NCBI GenBank assembly: GCA_004022145.1 | Contig: RCNU01000013.1 | Direction: 5' to 3' (one strand) | Length of the DNA: 64,000 bases | DNA from: Paecilomyces variotii | Lineage: Eukaryota | Part shown: piece by piece, positions 48,401-61,693 of the stretch | Position numbering within the stretch: the first letter of the stretch is position 1 | Layout: every line of letters starts with the position of its first letter | The notes under the pieces: generated by a model | Seen by the model: only the letters and a program-made list of their open reading frames with translations | The model's database searches: none | Told to the model about the DNA's origin: nothing | Translations under genes and position numbers: made by a program

Positions 48401-50448
48401 GCGGCCCTTCCACACTGTCACGGAGCTGGTCGTACTTTTCAGTTTCGTCCTCATTGAGATATTTCTCTACTCTGTCAATCGAGACCTTGGATTCCTGCAC
48501 GTGGGCGACCATATCGGCGAGCTGATCCAATGGGACACGAAGCAGGGAGAACATCGACAGAGCCGGGAAAGCAATCGACGGAGTCAAGCGCTTCTTTTCG
48601 ACAACGGTGTAGAGGAAGAATGAGGTGAATGTGATCAGGATTGGTGTCCCGTACCATACAGTCGCAGCAATAGACCAAATAATGTAACGTCGGCGTAGGG
48701 CCTTGAGTTCCGCTCTCCTCTTCTCGTTGACGATATCCTCGAACCGTTGCTCCCAGGCGAAGTACTTGATGATTCGTATGTTCTGGAGGACTTCGTTGGT
48801 GGAGTGAATTCGGGCATCCGTACTCGCCAAGATCTTATTCTGGACCTGTCTGAACATGCGCGCGATGTAGACGTTTACGGGAAGAATCAGGACCATCAAT
48901 GCGATGCCGGCGAAGGAGCTAAACCCGAGGATCCGATACAACAGAACCACCGCCATAATAACCTGTACGGGGACACTAGCCCACAAGAAGTGCAGGTAAG
49001 CGCCTACCTCACTGACCTTGAAAGAATCGATCGCCATCAGGTTGATGATAGTCCCCACGTTGGCTTGCGCGACGTCTTCGGCCTTCTTCACAAGTTCACT
49101 ATCCGTCTTGACATCGGCTTTCTTCTTTCGCCCAAAAGAGAGGATCTTTTTCTTCAACTTTTGTGGCTCATTTTCCTTCTTCTGCGGCGCGTCAGGGGAC
49201 ACACCCGCCTTCCGGCGCAGCGCTTTGGAATAGATCTCACCGATAATGATCGCTCGCAGCTTCACACCCAGCTTTCGCCCGATCCAGAGAGCCTGTCCGT
49301 CGGCCGTACCTTGTACAGCACCCGAGCAGAAGAGCAGAATGGCGTAGAGCCAAGCCGCATTGCGTGGGGTCGAGCGTGGATCTTCCACGTATTCAAGGAT
49401 CGCCTTCAAAAGCAGAGTCGGCATAAATGTGAACAGGTTGGAGAATATCGTCCACGCTCCTTGCAGCAATAGCATTCTGCGGAAGTAGGCTAACAGTCTC
49501 CAGACAAGTGCTGTTGTCCTCCCGGCACGACGGAAGTCTTCGAGTACCGTAGCCGCCTGCTGCCCAACTGTCAGGTTCCATACGTCCTCGAGTTCCAGCG
49601 CCCTCCTGTATCCCTTCAGCACGAGCGGGTCCAGCCATGAAAAGGTAGCCAGCGAGAGCAAGCTCGCCCTCGGATCCCTTGGCGGCTCGAGTCCATCTTC
49701 ATATTGAACCAAAACACTCTTGTTTCCTCTTCGCGTGGTCAAGGCGATTAACAATAAAACTGTTGATAGAGCGAACTCTGTAGATGTAAGGATAACTGCG
49801 CGTTTGGACAGCGGATGGATAATGGCCGATCGGAACACGCTGACGGTCAAGAGCCACTGGATGCCGTAGAGGATGGCGGTATGGTTCCAGATCCTTGGGA
49901 ATGAACGAAGATTCAGCGCGGAGAGCAAAAACCTCAGCGAGACCAAAAATAACAAATAAGACCATGAGACCAGTCTGGCTATGGCTGGCACGGTGCCATG
50001 ACGTCCCCACCCATGAGTACTAAGAGCTGCGATGCTGATGGCGACTTCTCCGGTCAAAGCGATCGCTTCCAAAGCCACGAAGGTCAGCTCTCCCCGCGGA
50101 CGATCCAATTCGTAGTGTACATCCGAGTCTCGCTCCGCCTTCCGCAGCACCGGTTCCTCCTCCTCACCATCATGGCTGGTCTCTGGGACTGCACCGTTTG
50201 CGATTGGTGTGTATGCGAACCCTTTCGATGACGAAAAACGGCGGTACACGAACTGGGCGAGAAGGAAAAATAAGGAGATTCCGCAGGCCGTCAAAGGAAA
50301 GATAGTTTGCAGATAGCTGCCATTAGATGTTAGAGCTCCCTTGGTTCTTATGCGACGCAAAGATGCAGGATGAGGTCACTTACTTGCGCTGAAAGCAACG
50401 GCTAAGGTCGTCAATGACCCAGACGGGGCCATGACATTGCGATACCAT
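45423..50448 (-). CDS. ABCC/MRP-type ABC transporter, Ybt1/Bat1 vacuolar bile-acid transporter-like
   Basis: TMD0 plus two TMD-NBD halves; Walker A GPTGSGKT and GRTGAGKS, signatures LSGGQKQR and LSQGQRQL, LLLDDCLSAVD, MDEATASID; short first exon MVSQCHGPVW..CFQR then intron ~50318-50383. Confidence 0.93.
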
Positions 50449-52119
50449 TGCGGGCAACACAGATGGCGACAGAGTACGAGCAGGAAATTGAAGTTTTCCC
50501 AGCTACTCCTCTGGCATCGAGTCGTTGGTGTTACAGACCCTCCAGTGAAGACCGTCTCAACCAGTAAGCGGCGTTATTGCCAACTACCTTCCGCAACGGA
50601 CACCCCGGACAGAACTGGCATGGCAGGACTGTGGAGGAGTCGCGGAGCGTCAGTCTGATCAACCGCACGACGATCGAGCAGTTGAAAATCGCACCTGTTG
50701 GGATTGGATGGTGTGAAAAGAAGAGAAACGATGGGGGAGAAGTTGGAGTGACGCGCAGGAATAATGGAGCGGCCAAGGTCGAGACTACAAGCAGGATCGA
50801 CGGGCAACCGAAGGGCGTCACGAGCGACCCAACTGTGTCTCTCTTTTTTTTCTTTCTCAACTCCACCGCTATGAAGGGGTCCGCAGTAGGATTCTACGAT
50901 CCCGTATCTGCTAATAATGCTAGCTCTATGCTAGTCTACCAGAGAAAAGGACAGGTTGATACCTATTATGACTGTATTTGCTCCCAAGGGCAATGGTTCT
51001 GCTCCAGACCGCGCGAGACTAACTATGACTCTATGGATCTCCGATAGATAGTTTAAGTACATACATACATTCTCCAGGGCGTTTCTGGCTGAGCAGCAGA
51101 ACCTGCTAGCTAACAACTACCCCACCACTACTAATCCTCTATGCTCTATCAGTCGACCGGGGAAGCCGGAGACGCCGTCAGTACAAAAAGTTCCCCCAGC
51201 CAGAGACTTCGCTTAGCGACGCTAAGTACTGTACACTACGACTCTGGCATCAAGGGGACCCGTTGGAAGGACGATCGATGTTGGGCTAGACTAGAGCTGA
51301 GGGCGTGTCGTTGATGATAGGCGATAACGACTCAAACCGACTCTCTTCGTCTTCTTTTGCAGGGCGTTCTATCCCCCGTGATGCCATCGACTACCTACGA
51401 GTATTTTGCAATGAGGGTTTCAAGAGCAATCGTCCGACGCAAGGCCCCGTCACGTCAATGGCGCAAGACATTCTTCCTTTGAGGTCTTCGGGTGGGAACG
51501 GGCCGTTTAATGGTTCATCTGGTCGGAGTCCACATACAGTAATGGAGGCTTGCGCGACTAAAAATAATACTCCGTACTCTGCAACGCTCCCGGCAAGAGA
51601 AAGTCTCTACTCAGCGGTGGCGACCGATGGGAGCAAAGTCTGCAGAGAGCATACATCTCAATAGGAGCGGAGGCTCTGTGGGTTCCCGATGGTTCAGTTG
51701 TTGGGGAGAAATAATGATGATTTGTCCTGTTCATCATCTGGTTGCAAAAGGTATTAATTATTATTATTGATTAATGAACGGTGAAAGAAAGGGCCGGATG
51801 ATCTGCTAAGCCCTTTGTCCGTGACTCTCACCGCTCCACCCCCCATCGCCACTAAATAAGGGCCTCCTGCCCATCCGGGCTTTTCTAAGATAACATAGCT
51901 GCGTTCCTATCGCCACTAACGCATTCACTCACTGCAACACTTCCCACTTCCCCCCCCCCCCATTCTGTTCTCCCAGCCACTTCGAGGGCTACTGTGCTGC
52001 TGTCAGGGCAAATAATTCGTACCAGCCGTTGGTCTCAACGGAAGTCTGTGCCTGAATCGGTCACATTCCGCTCCCTGGTCAGCCACGCAGCGGGGAACTA
52101 GAATACGTGCGGAGCAGCC

Positions 52120-52909
52120 ATGGCTGAACGGATACTCATGAACGAGTATAAGTCTTTGGCACAAGAGAAATGGGTCAATATTGAGGTCCGTCATGTCTAT
52201 CCCTCCTGTTAGGAACTTCGAGGAACACAAAGAGTCGGTTATGCTAACACGGCGGGGTTATTAGTTGAACGAGGATGACATCTTCAACTGGAACATTGGA
52301 CTTATTGTCCTCAACCCGGATTCTCTGTACTATGGCGGTTACTTCAAAGCCAAGATGACTTTTCCCAACAACTACCCGTACTCACCACCAGGTAAGGAAC
52401 TACGCTCTAGGATCAACCGGTGAGGTCGCACGCTGACAAGGGTAACTCTAGAATTCCGGTTCCTGCGCCCCCTTTACCACCCGAACATCTACGAGGACGG
52501 CAAGCTGTGCATATCGATCCTTCATGCTCCAGGTGAGGATGAAATGTCGGGTGAATTGGCCGCAGAACGGTGGTCGCCAGCGCAGCGGGTGGAGTCGGTG
52601 CTGATATCCATCTTGTCGCTCCTGGATGATGCAGAAGTGTCTTCGCCGGCGAACGTGGATGCCGGAGTGATGTTGCGGCGTGAGCCCGAGAAATACAAGG
52701 AGATCGTGAGGGAGAACGTGGAGGCGTCTAAGAAGGACATCCCGGAGGGCTTCGTCATGCCGACCCACGAATCTACCATGAAGCGTCCCGTCGAGAAGAC
52801 GGATGATCTCGACTTCTGGGCTGACAGCGACGACGACGATGTGTTTGGCGGCAGCGACTCTGATGAGGAAATGAACTTCGACAGTGAGGACGAAGAGGAG
52901 AGCTCTTAA
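52120..52909 (+). CDS. Ubiquitin-conjugating enzyme E2, Cdc34/Ubc3-like (acidic loop and tail)
   Basis: MAERILMNEYK, YYGGYFKAKMTFP.NYPYSPP, YHPNIYEDGKLCISILH (active Cys), acidic insert APGEDEMSGELAAERWSP, acidic C-terminus; introns ~52186-52264 and ~52392-52451. Confidence 0.93.
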
Positions 52910-54792
52910 CTGATGCTACTCCGCAGGTCCTCACGTCCAGAGGGGTGGTCAGTAGTTATTTCGCAGCTACCGTTGCGTCCTCGGTCGGTAATTCTCGACA
53001 GTTAGTCCATGGGCGATGTTTCCATTTCAATTGCATAGCGGGAGGCGCATACGGATCGGGCATGCATACAATAACTCCATGTCGTTCCGCAGATACCACC
53101 TGTCCCTCATCAGGTTTTGCTCATGGGTTGGCATCTGCAGTTTTCTTTCATTCCCAGGTTGAGAGACGCCCATGCCTCATCTCAAGCTTTCCTATCATCG
53201 GTAGCGGCATATTACAGGGAAAGGCGTTGAGAAGATGGCGTTTTGTTCTGTTCGGGATCTCTTCCATATATTCAAGCGTTGACAACTAGATACCTCCATT
53301 AATTTACTAGAATAATTTCCTTTTTTTGATTTTTATCCGAACGTTCAAGTACCTGTTCCCGTCTCATCCGATCTAGTGGCATCGTCCCAGGTACCGCCCA
53401 GGTCATCCCTGTTCCCCCGCCCCACGGTGTTCATCCGATGTCGCTGTACGATAAGTATCAAGTGTTTTCCCCCTTTACAGGTCTTACTTCGGATGAGACT
53501 GACTACACCAACCTCCATCTGGCTTGCCCATACCATCCCCTCTTATCTTATCACACGCGTAGTAGGGATAATATGCAGTAGACCGATCACACGACCATTA
53601 CTGCCCCGCGCATCGTGCCCGTCAAGGGTTGAATCCGATTATCCCTGTCCTTTGTTTCTGACTAGTTGTGAGCACGTGCCCCAAAATCGAATTCCAGATT
53701 GTAGATATCCTAGCTGTCATTATCTGAATAAAAATGCGCTGATATTGAAGGCAAAAGATATAGCACTCCTATTTTTCTTTCCTTGACTCGACATGCTCTA
53801 AATAGTGGGTGTACCGAAATACGATCCTGATCTTCCACGCCGTACCCATTCTTATCCGCGCTCCAAAGATCGCGCAGTGGGTACAAACATTCCACATCTA
53901 TCTAATTTTGACCCTCTATCCAAAAGACCATCGAGATTAGACGCGGGATTGCGGGTACCATACATGTAAGGGATCCGATCCCTAACCTGGTTCTAAGCGT
54001 AAGTTACCAGCCTCCTGGGAACGGAATCTTGTTTTTTTCCCTGGAATAAATACTCCGTAAAAGTGCTCGCGATCTACAGACTTTATCTACGTCACGGTGT
54101 CCATCCCCTGTTTCCCCGGATTTACAGAAGGTTTTGTTGATGATTGGGCTTAGGAATGTTGTCGCACTGGAGATGGGCTTAGTTATGACTTGTTGGATGT
54201 AACTACATAGAATATGAAATGGGCCTGTTAGTTTCTAGTAGTTTGGAAAGGCTATATATAATGCTGTCTGTTTATGGATATGGATAGTAGTTAGTTGTCT
54301 TGTCTCAGTAATAAATGGATCTTGCTAGTTACTTGCTGAGGAAATATAATATCCTATCCTTATATAAGTATTCCGACTCACATCTTATCAATGGGGATAG
54401 CGAAAATAAAATCGGTGGAGTGTATTATGGAAAGAATTGAGGGATGTCGCCAGAACTAAAGGACGACGCCCAATAATAGATCACACTACAAGGTTCCTGT
54501 CCAGCGTCTGCTGAAAAGTCTGATCTCATCATGTCGAATATTGAATGGCACTAAAGCAACGTCTGTCCTGACCTCTTGAACATCACACTAGTGTTTCTGT
54601 AGTCTTTATATGTTCCTGCGATCTATATAACCGGTGATAAATTATTATGGACTACAGAACCAACTCTATGTTATTACTGCCTCGCAGACATTACGTAGCC
54701 CTTATAAAACGAGTCGGAATCATGGGAGCGAATCGAAGATTCTTATATGTTATTGAGATAGATACTGCCACACGACCTTCCAATTCCCACAC

Positions 54793-56698
54793 TTAAGTTG
54801 TATACCTAAACGTTACATTCTGCTTGTCTGTAAAATCCAAGAAATCCGCTGAATGCTCATCAATAGCGTCTTCTGATATGGACGCGCATGATTTTTCTCT
54901 CTTCGCATTTTGCATTCTGCATACGATACCGTAAGCTAGAGCAAGGACTATGCATACTGCGTAGCACAGCAGCATTGCGACTGTCGCTCCAATATACTTC
55001 GGTGCTTGGTCTTCGAGGAAGGTCTGGGGTCCTAAAAAAGAAATCAGTTGAAGGTCTTGCATATCACATGGAACTATAAAGAAGGCTTTACCAATAATAT
55101 TACCGACAGCATATGCGACGTAGTCCATTGCGTTTACGGTTGTCTTCTTCGTGTGACCTGCTGTATTTGCCTGGAACATGGCAAGACCACAGACGTATGG
55201 TGCCCAGTAAACGTAGAGCATATAAAGCCCAACTAGTTGGCCAGCGGCATTGCTTCTCGGGAGTACTTTATTTTTATATCTATCAGCATGATTCCAGTTG
55301 AGGTTTGATGAATTATAATGGTATGCAATGTCGAGAGAGATACCATAAACGACGATAGTCCCGACTAACGGGATGATCAAACTCGAAACAGTGACCAAGG
55401 AGCGGTATTTTCGGGTTCTTCCCACGAAGTAGCTGAAGAAAATACCGCTGATAGTCGATATGACTCCTAAATCTTATAAGTTTCGTACGCAAGTGGAACG
55501 AGAACGAAGAAACTTACCTGTAGGGATGGTCATCAAAGAAGAGTCCAAAGCGCTAAATCCAAGGCTATTGATAATTATTGTACTGAACTAGAATATTGTC
55601 AGTCCTCTCACCATATGAGAACGTACTCTGCGTTCAACATACCGCGATGAGACCCCCATTTGGGATATTGACAGAAATGAAGAAGAACCACAGAATCCAG
55701 TTCTTCCAGTCTGTAACGGCCTCGTATGCCTGGGGCCACTTCCATGTCTTGTTTTCCATCCCCAGCTTCTCATCCCTTAGTCTCTCCACAGCTACCACCT
55801 TTTCCCTGTCTGAAAGCCATTTAGCATCTGCAGGGCTGTCCGGTAGTACGAAGAACATCAGCGCGCCATACAGCACGGTAAATGCACCAACTGAAAGGAA
55901 TATATACTTCCACACTGCGATTGCGCTGTGTCTAAGGTGGCCAAACCCAAATGAGATCAATCCGTTTCCGATGGATGAAGTTACAGAGCATATGATGGCG
56001 TTTCTGACCGGTTGCTCGGACTTTTTCCACCACATAGTGGCGATAATTATCATTGCTGGAAGATCACAGCATTGAAACAGACCCAGGAAAAAGCGACAAA
56101 CAAGGATACCCGCAGGGTTAGTACATGCTGCATGACACATTTCTACTACTCCCCAGAGAAAAATGTTTACGGCCAAATACTTTCCAGTCGGAAGGCGTTG
56201 GAGGAGCCATAGTGTTGGGAATATACCAATGAGGAATGCTAATCCAGTAAGTTAGCACCAGATACACGAACTGTGCTATCATAATTCTGACATGTCATAC
56301 CGATGTACATAATAGATCCTACCCAGCTATATTGGTAGCCGGTCAATCCAAGGTCCTCTTTTAGTCCATATATAGCAGCAGTCCCGACACTATCCATTGT
56401 CTTGCTCAGTAAGGATATTCTACACCAGGTCAATTTCAGATCTAGATACTCACATAACTTTATCCCAGCCCGATAACTGGTAACAAACGAATAGCATCGG
56501 AACCATATGCCAGTCGATCTTTCGTCTCACTGCTTCCATCTCTTCTTCAGTGACAGGTCTTTCGTCTCGTGCTGCAGCCAATATCTTCGCTGCGACATCG
56601 ACATCGCGGTCGTTTCTGTCGAAAAAGCCACCGTCCAGATGGGAAATGAAGGGAGTAGCAAGTGGCATAACATCCTTTCGGTCATGTGTAGAACCCAT
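54793..56698 (-). CDS. MFS transporter, allantoate/DAL5 (anion:cation symporter) family
   Basis: RRKIDWHMVP, WDK..GTAAIYGL..DLGL, YSWVGSIMY, RFFLGLF, MWWKKSEQPVR, LPDSPADAKWLS, NTAGHTKK, GNIIGPQTF, FLDFTDKQN.FRY; several introns. Confidence 0.92.
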
Positions 56699-56889
56699 TG
56701 CTCAAGAGCCAATAAGGGAGAACCAGATGTCTGTATCTAGTTATAGGAATCTAGATTGCTGAAGCTATATATATTTAAATTTTATGCCTAACAGTGACAT
56801 CGTCTCGAAATCGAACTATTTTCTGTAGGAATATCGTGTTTTGTAGATACATGAGCCAATATCGGCTATAACCGACTCGCATGGTCTAC

Positions 56890-57226
56890 GATATCATTAA
56901 GATAAGGGCGCAGGTATCCCTGTCCCTATTACCATTTTCCCGTCGAATTTATCTCGAGCTGGTCGGCACATACCGCACCCTCCCACATGATCGATCGGAG
57001 GAAAGTCCGTTCTGGGTTACATCCCTATCTGTGTCTTCCAGGGAAGGTCGATCTTTTTGTAGCTAGTGACGATCCTACGAAGTGATATCCTCCTTGTCGG
57101 AGATGAGCCGAAGAGCAGATAGGGACACAGGTCGTCCAATTCCGACAAAAGGCTCGAGATATAAATCGTATATCCTCGCTCCTATTGACTGTATGAACCA
57201 GAGTGTTCATTTGGATGTCAAGATAA
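56890..57226. promoter_or_regulatory. GATA-rich bidirectional promoter (candidate AreA/nitrogen-repression sites)
   Basis: HGATAR sites at ~56900, 56949 (rev), 57025 (rev), 57117 and 57221, plus further GATA cores, in the ~550 bp between the divergent MFS and oxoprolinase starts. Confidence 0.5.
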
Positions 57227-57245
57227 TATAATTTCCTCTGGAATC

Positions 57246-60200
57246 ATGCCGCACATCACAGGAGCCGATCAGACCAAGCTCCGTATCTATATAGGTAACA
57301 TCCTGTGTTCTTAATATAGTCTTTCCCGGAATCGCCAATGTTTTCTGACAAATCGTGATTTTGATTGACAGATCGAGGTGGTACTTTTTGCGACTGCATA
57401 GGAATAGTTCCAGGAAAAGAGGACATAGTTGTCAAACTCCTTTCCGTTGATCCTACTAACTACGACGATGCACCCACAGAGGGAATTCGTCGGATTCTAG
57501 AGATTGCTACAGGTGAACCTATCCCTCGTGGATGCAAACTCGATACTTCCAATATAGGTCAATAATCCGTCCCCCTACGGCTGATGCCTTTTCGTCTACT
57601 GATGAGTTAACTCACAGCTTCTATTCGCATGGGAACGACCGTAGCAACAAATGCTTTGCTAGAGCGAAAGGGAGAAAGGAGCGCTTTGCTAATCACAAAA
57701 GGATTCGGGGAATTGCTCAAAATCGGACATCAGACGCGCCCTAAGCTCTTTGATCTCGATATCAAAAAACCTGATGTCCTATACGCCAAGTGTATTGAGA
57801 TTGACGAACGAGTCACTATCGACGTCCCTCTTGCAGAAGATAAAGATGCGGGGACAACTGTGCATGGACTCAGTGGAGATGTTGTGAGAATACTTAAACC
57901 TCTCAGTGAGTGTAGTCAGCCTCTTTCTTAGATATACTATCTAACGCGCTTTTTTTTTCTTTTTCTTATACATAGACGAGGGAGAAGTAACACGCTCTCT
58001 TCTCCAATTATATAATGAAGACTTTCGATCAATCTCTGTGTGCCTTGCGCATTCTTATACTTATCCCCAGCATGAGCTACGCATTGCAGAAATCGCTAAA
58101 GAGATTGGCTTTACGCACATCTCTCTCTCATCCCAAGTCGCGCCCATGATCCGGCTCGTCCCGAGGGGCATGTCAGCGACAGCCGATGCATACCTTACAC
58201 CAACAGTAAAGCGATACATTGATGGCTTCACCAAGGGTTTCGAAGGGGGTTTTCAACAACCCGGGAAGACCAAGTGTCAATTTATGCAATCTGACGGTGG
58301 CCTTGCAGACTTCAGGAGGTTCTCAGGCCTACGTGCTATCCTTTCAGGACCAGCAGGTGGAGTTGTTGGGTATGCAAAAACAAGCTATGACCCGGAAGAT
58401 GGGACACCTGTCATTGGAATTGATATGGGCGGTACTAGCACAGATGTTTCCCGATATGCAGGACAGTTAGAACATGTGTTCGAAACAACAACAGCCGGAG
58501 TTACAATCCAATCTCCGCAACTCGACATAAACACTGTGGCTGCGGGAGGAGGTTCGATTCTCTTTTGGAAAAATGGACTTTTCAAAGTTGGTCCAGAAAG
58601 TGCAGGGGCTCATCCAGGTCCATCATGCTATCGCAAGGGCGGTCCACTAACTGTGACGGATGCCAACCTCTTTCTGGGGAGACTGCTTCCAGAGTTCTTT
58701 CCTAAGATATTCGGCCCGAATGAAGATCAAGCTCTTGACTATGGTATCGTGGCAGAGCAATTTCAGAATCTCACGAAGGAAATAAACGAAGAAACTGGGA
58801 AACACTTGACGCCGGAACAAGTGGCAGTAGGGTATGGATATCCAGCATTCCGTCAGATTCTTCCGGTTTCTAATAATAAATCACAGCTTCATTGAGGTTG
58901 CAAACGAAGGGATGTGTCGTCCCATTCGCTCCCTGACAGAAGGCAGAGGCTATGATGCGCGCAATCACCGCTTAGCGGTATTCGGGGGTGCAGGAGGTCA
59001 ACATGCATGTTCAATAGCACGCAATTTGAACATCAATAGTGTGGTTGTCCATAAATATTCATCCGTTCTGTCTGCCTACGGAATGGCATTGGCGGAGATC
59101 GTGCATGAGGGACTCGAACCGATTTCCGAGGTCTACTGTGCAGAGGCCCTGTCAAAGATTCGTAAACGTCTCGATGCTTTGCAAGCAAAAGTAAAAAAAG
59201 AATTGAAGGAAGAGGGGTTTGACGAATCATCTCTACGATATGAAAGATATCTCAATATGCGTTATCAGGGTACTGATACCTCAATGATGATTATGGAGCC
59301 AGAAAATGGTGATTTCGAACAATCTTTCCTCGCAAATCATCTGAGAGAGTTCACTTTCACCGTACCTGGAAGACCGATTCTTGTTGATGATCTTAGAGTC
59401 AGAGGGGTCGCGAATGACGGCACATCCATTCAGAATGTACACTTCGTCGGTCAACTGCGGGCAGCAAAGAAGCATTCGAGGGATGCAAACATTACAGATG
59501 CAGAAAATACAGCAACTGTCTATTTTGAAGAGACCGGGTGGGTTCAAAGCCCAGTGTATATGCTGGATAAGCTCCCAAGTGGAGTGGCAGTTGCAGTTAG
59601 TACAGACCATGGTTTCGAAATGTTGAAGTCGATATCTACTGACACAAGATCCAATATGCAGGGGCCAGCAATAATACTTGACAAAACGCAGACAATTATC
59701 GTTGTGCCTGGTGCGACTTCTATTATCCTTGACAAACACGTAGTGATCGATGTCGGTGTACCTACTCCAAAAGAAGTCTCCGCCGATGCTATAGATCCAG
59801 TGCAGCTTTCAGTCTTCGGTCATCGTTTCATGAGCATTGCAGAACAGATGGGCAGAACATTACAGAAGACGAGTGTCAGTCTTAATATTAAGGAACGTTT
59901 AGACTTCAGTTGTGCTATTTTTGGGCCTGACGGAGGCCTTGTAGCAAATGCGCCTCATGTTCCTGTGCATCTGGGTAGCATGCAGAATGCAGTGAAATAT
60001 CAACACGAGGTCAACCTAGGAAAACTGAAACCTGGAGATGTCCTGGTGACCAATCATCCTGGTATGCATTTTATTCCAAATTTCCTGGAGACAGGCAACA
60101 TATGATTCTAACTGACTGGCTTATAGAAGCTGGTGGGACGCACCTTCCAGACATAACCGTTGTCTCTCCCGTGTTCGATGAGAAAGGGAAAGATATCATT

Positions 60201-61693
60201 TTCTATACTGCCTCTCGAGGACATCACCGAGATATCGGTGGCTTAGGTGGCATATCCGGGAATCCGAACTGCATTTTTTTGGAACAAGAGGGGGCGCGAA
60301 TAAAGTCATTTAAACTCGCCTCAGAGGGAAAGTTCGACGAAGAAGGTATTTGCATTTCATAATCCCCATTACTCTGATGACCAGGGCTGATAGCTCCAGG
60401 AATCACGAAAATATTGGTCCATGATCCAGCACAATACGAAGGGTGCGTGGGATCCAACAGCATAAATGACAACCTCTCAGACCTCAAGGCACAAATCGCC
60501 GCAAACCAGCGCGGTTCGCTTCTCATCCAGGAGCTTTTCGCAGCATATGGGACAAAAGTTGTACAGTCCTACATGGCAGCTATACAGGGTACTGCCGAGC
60601 TCGCTGTCCGACGTTATTTGAAGAGGGTCGCAATGACACATCCGGATTCTCTGAAAGCGGTTGATTATCTCGACGATGGGACCGAAATTCATCTTGAAGT
60701 CCGCATCGACGCCGCCAACGGAAGCGCAGATTTTGATTTCACAGGAACGGGGCCAGAGACGTACGGAAATCGCAATGCGCCTTCCAGTCTGGTCTACTCG
60801 GCGATCATCTACGCCCTGAGAGCAATGATAAATGAAGAAATCCCACTAAACCAGGGATGCCTTCAGCCAGTAAATATTATCATACCGGAGAACACAGTCC
60901 TCTCTCCATCTTCCGGTGCTGCAGTTTACACCGGTAACACTCTGACGAGCCAGAGGCTGACCGACGTTGTTTTCAAAGCTTTCGGGGCATGTGCTGCCAG
61001 CCAAGGTTGCATGAATAGTGTACAGATGTACGGAGGTGAGAAAGCCGAACCTGGCGAGCCTTTCGCAGGCTTCACGTTTATGTATGGAGAGACCCTTTGT
61101 GGGGGTAGTGGTGCGGGAGCGACCTGGCGTGGAGTTTCAGGAGTACACACGGTAAGTATGGAACTATGGATATCCCTCTGATCCCAGGCTAACACAGGAT
61201 GAAGCATATGACCAATACCCGTGTCAGTGACTGTGAGATCTTGGAGAAGCGATATCCCATCCTTGTGAAACAATTTTCACTGAGACATGGATCTGGCGGA
61301 GAAGGTCTACACCCAGGCGGCGACGGGGCCATTCGTGGATTCGAGGCTCGGGCGCCGATAACTTTCTCTCTGAGCACCGAAAGACGAGTTCATCGACCAT
61401 ACGGAATGGCCGGTGGTGGCCCTGGGAAGAGCGGTAGGAATCTGGCTCTACTGAAGCTACCTGATGGGAGGGATAGGTGGGTTAACGTTGGAGGGAAAGG
61501 TATTATCAAACTGCGACGCGGAGAGCAATTGTTTATCCACACTCCTGGTGGCGGAGCTTGGGGTGCTCTCCCAAATTCTGGTATATCACCTGGAAATAAT
61601 TACATTGATGGGATAGCAAAGAATGGAGAAGAGCAACATTGGCGAGGAATGGGTAGTCTTCATAATTTTTCAACCGCACAAAATGAGGGTTGA
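57246..61693 (+). CDS. 5-oxoprolinase / hydantoinase family (fused A+B) ATP-dependent amidohydrolase
   Basis: [112 protein letters not shown]; multiple introns. Confidence 0.95.

Noticed and set aside
45423-50448. ABC transporter as the exporter of the terpene cluster
   Set aside because: It looks like the conserved Ybt1-type vacuolar transporter, lies outside the motif-defined cluster, and I saw no TGGGGGCC in its promoter.
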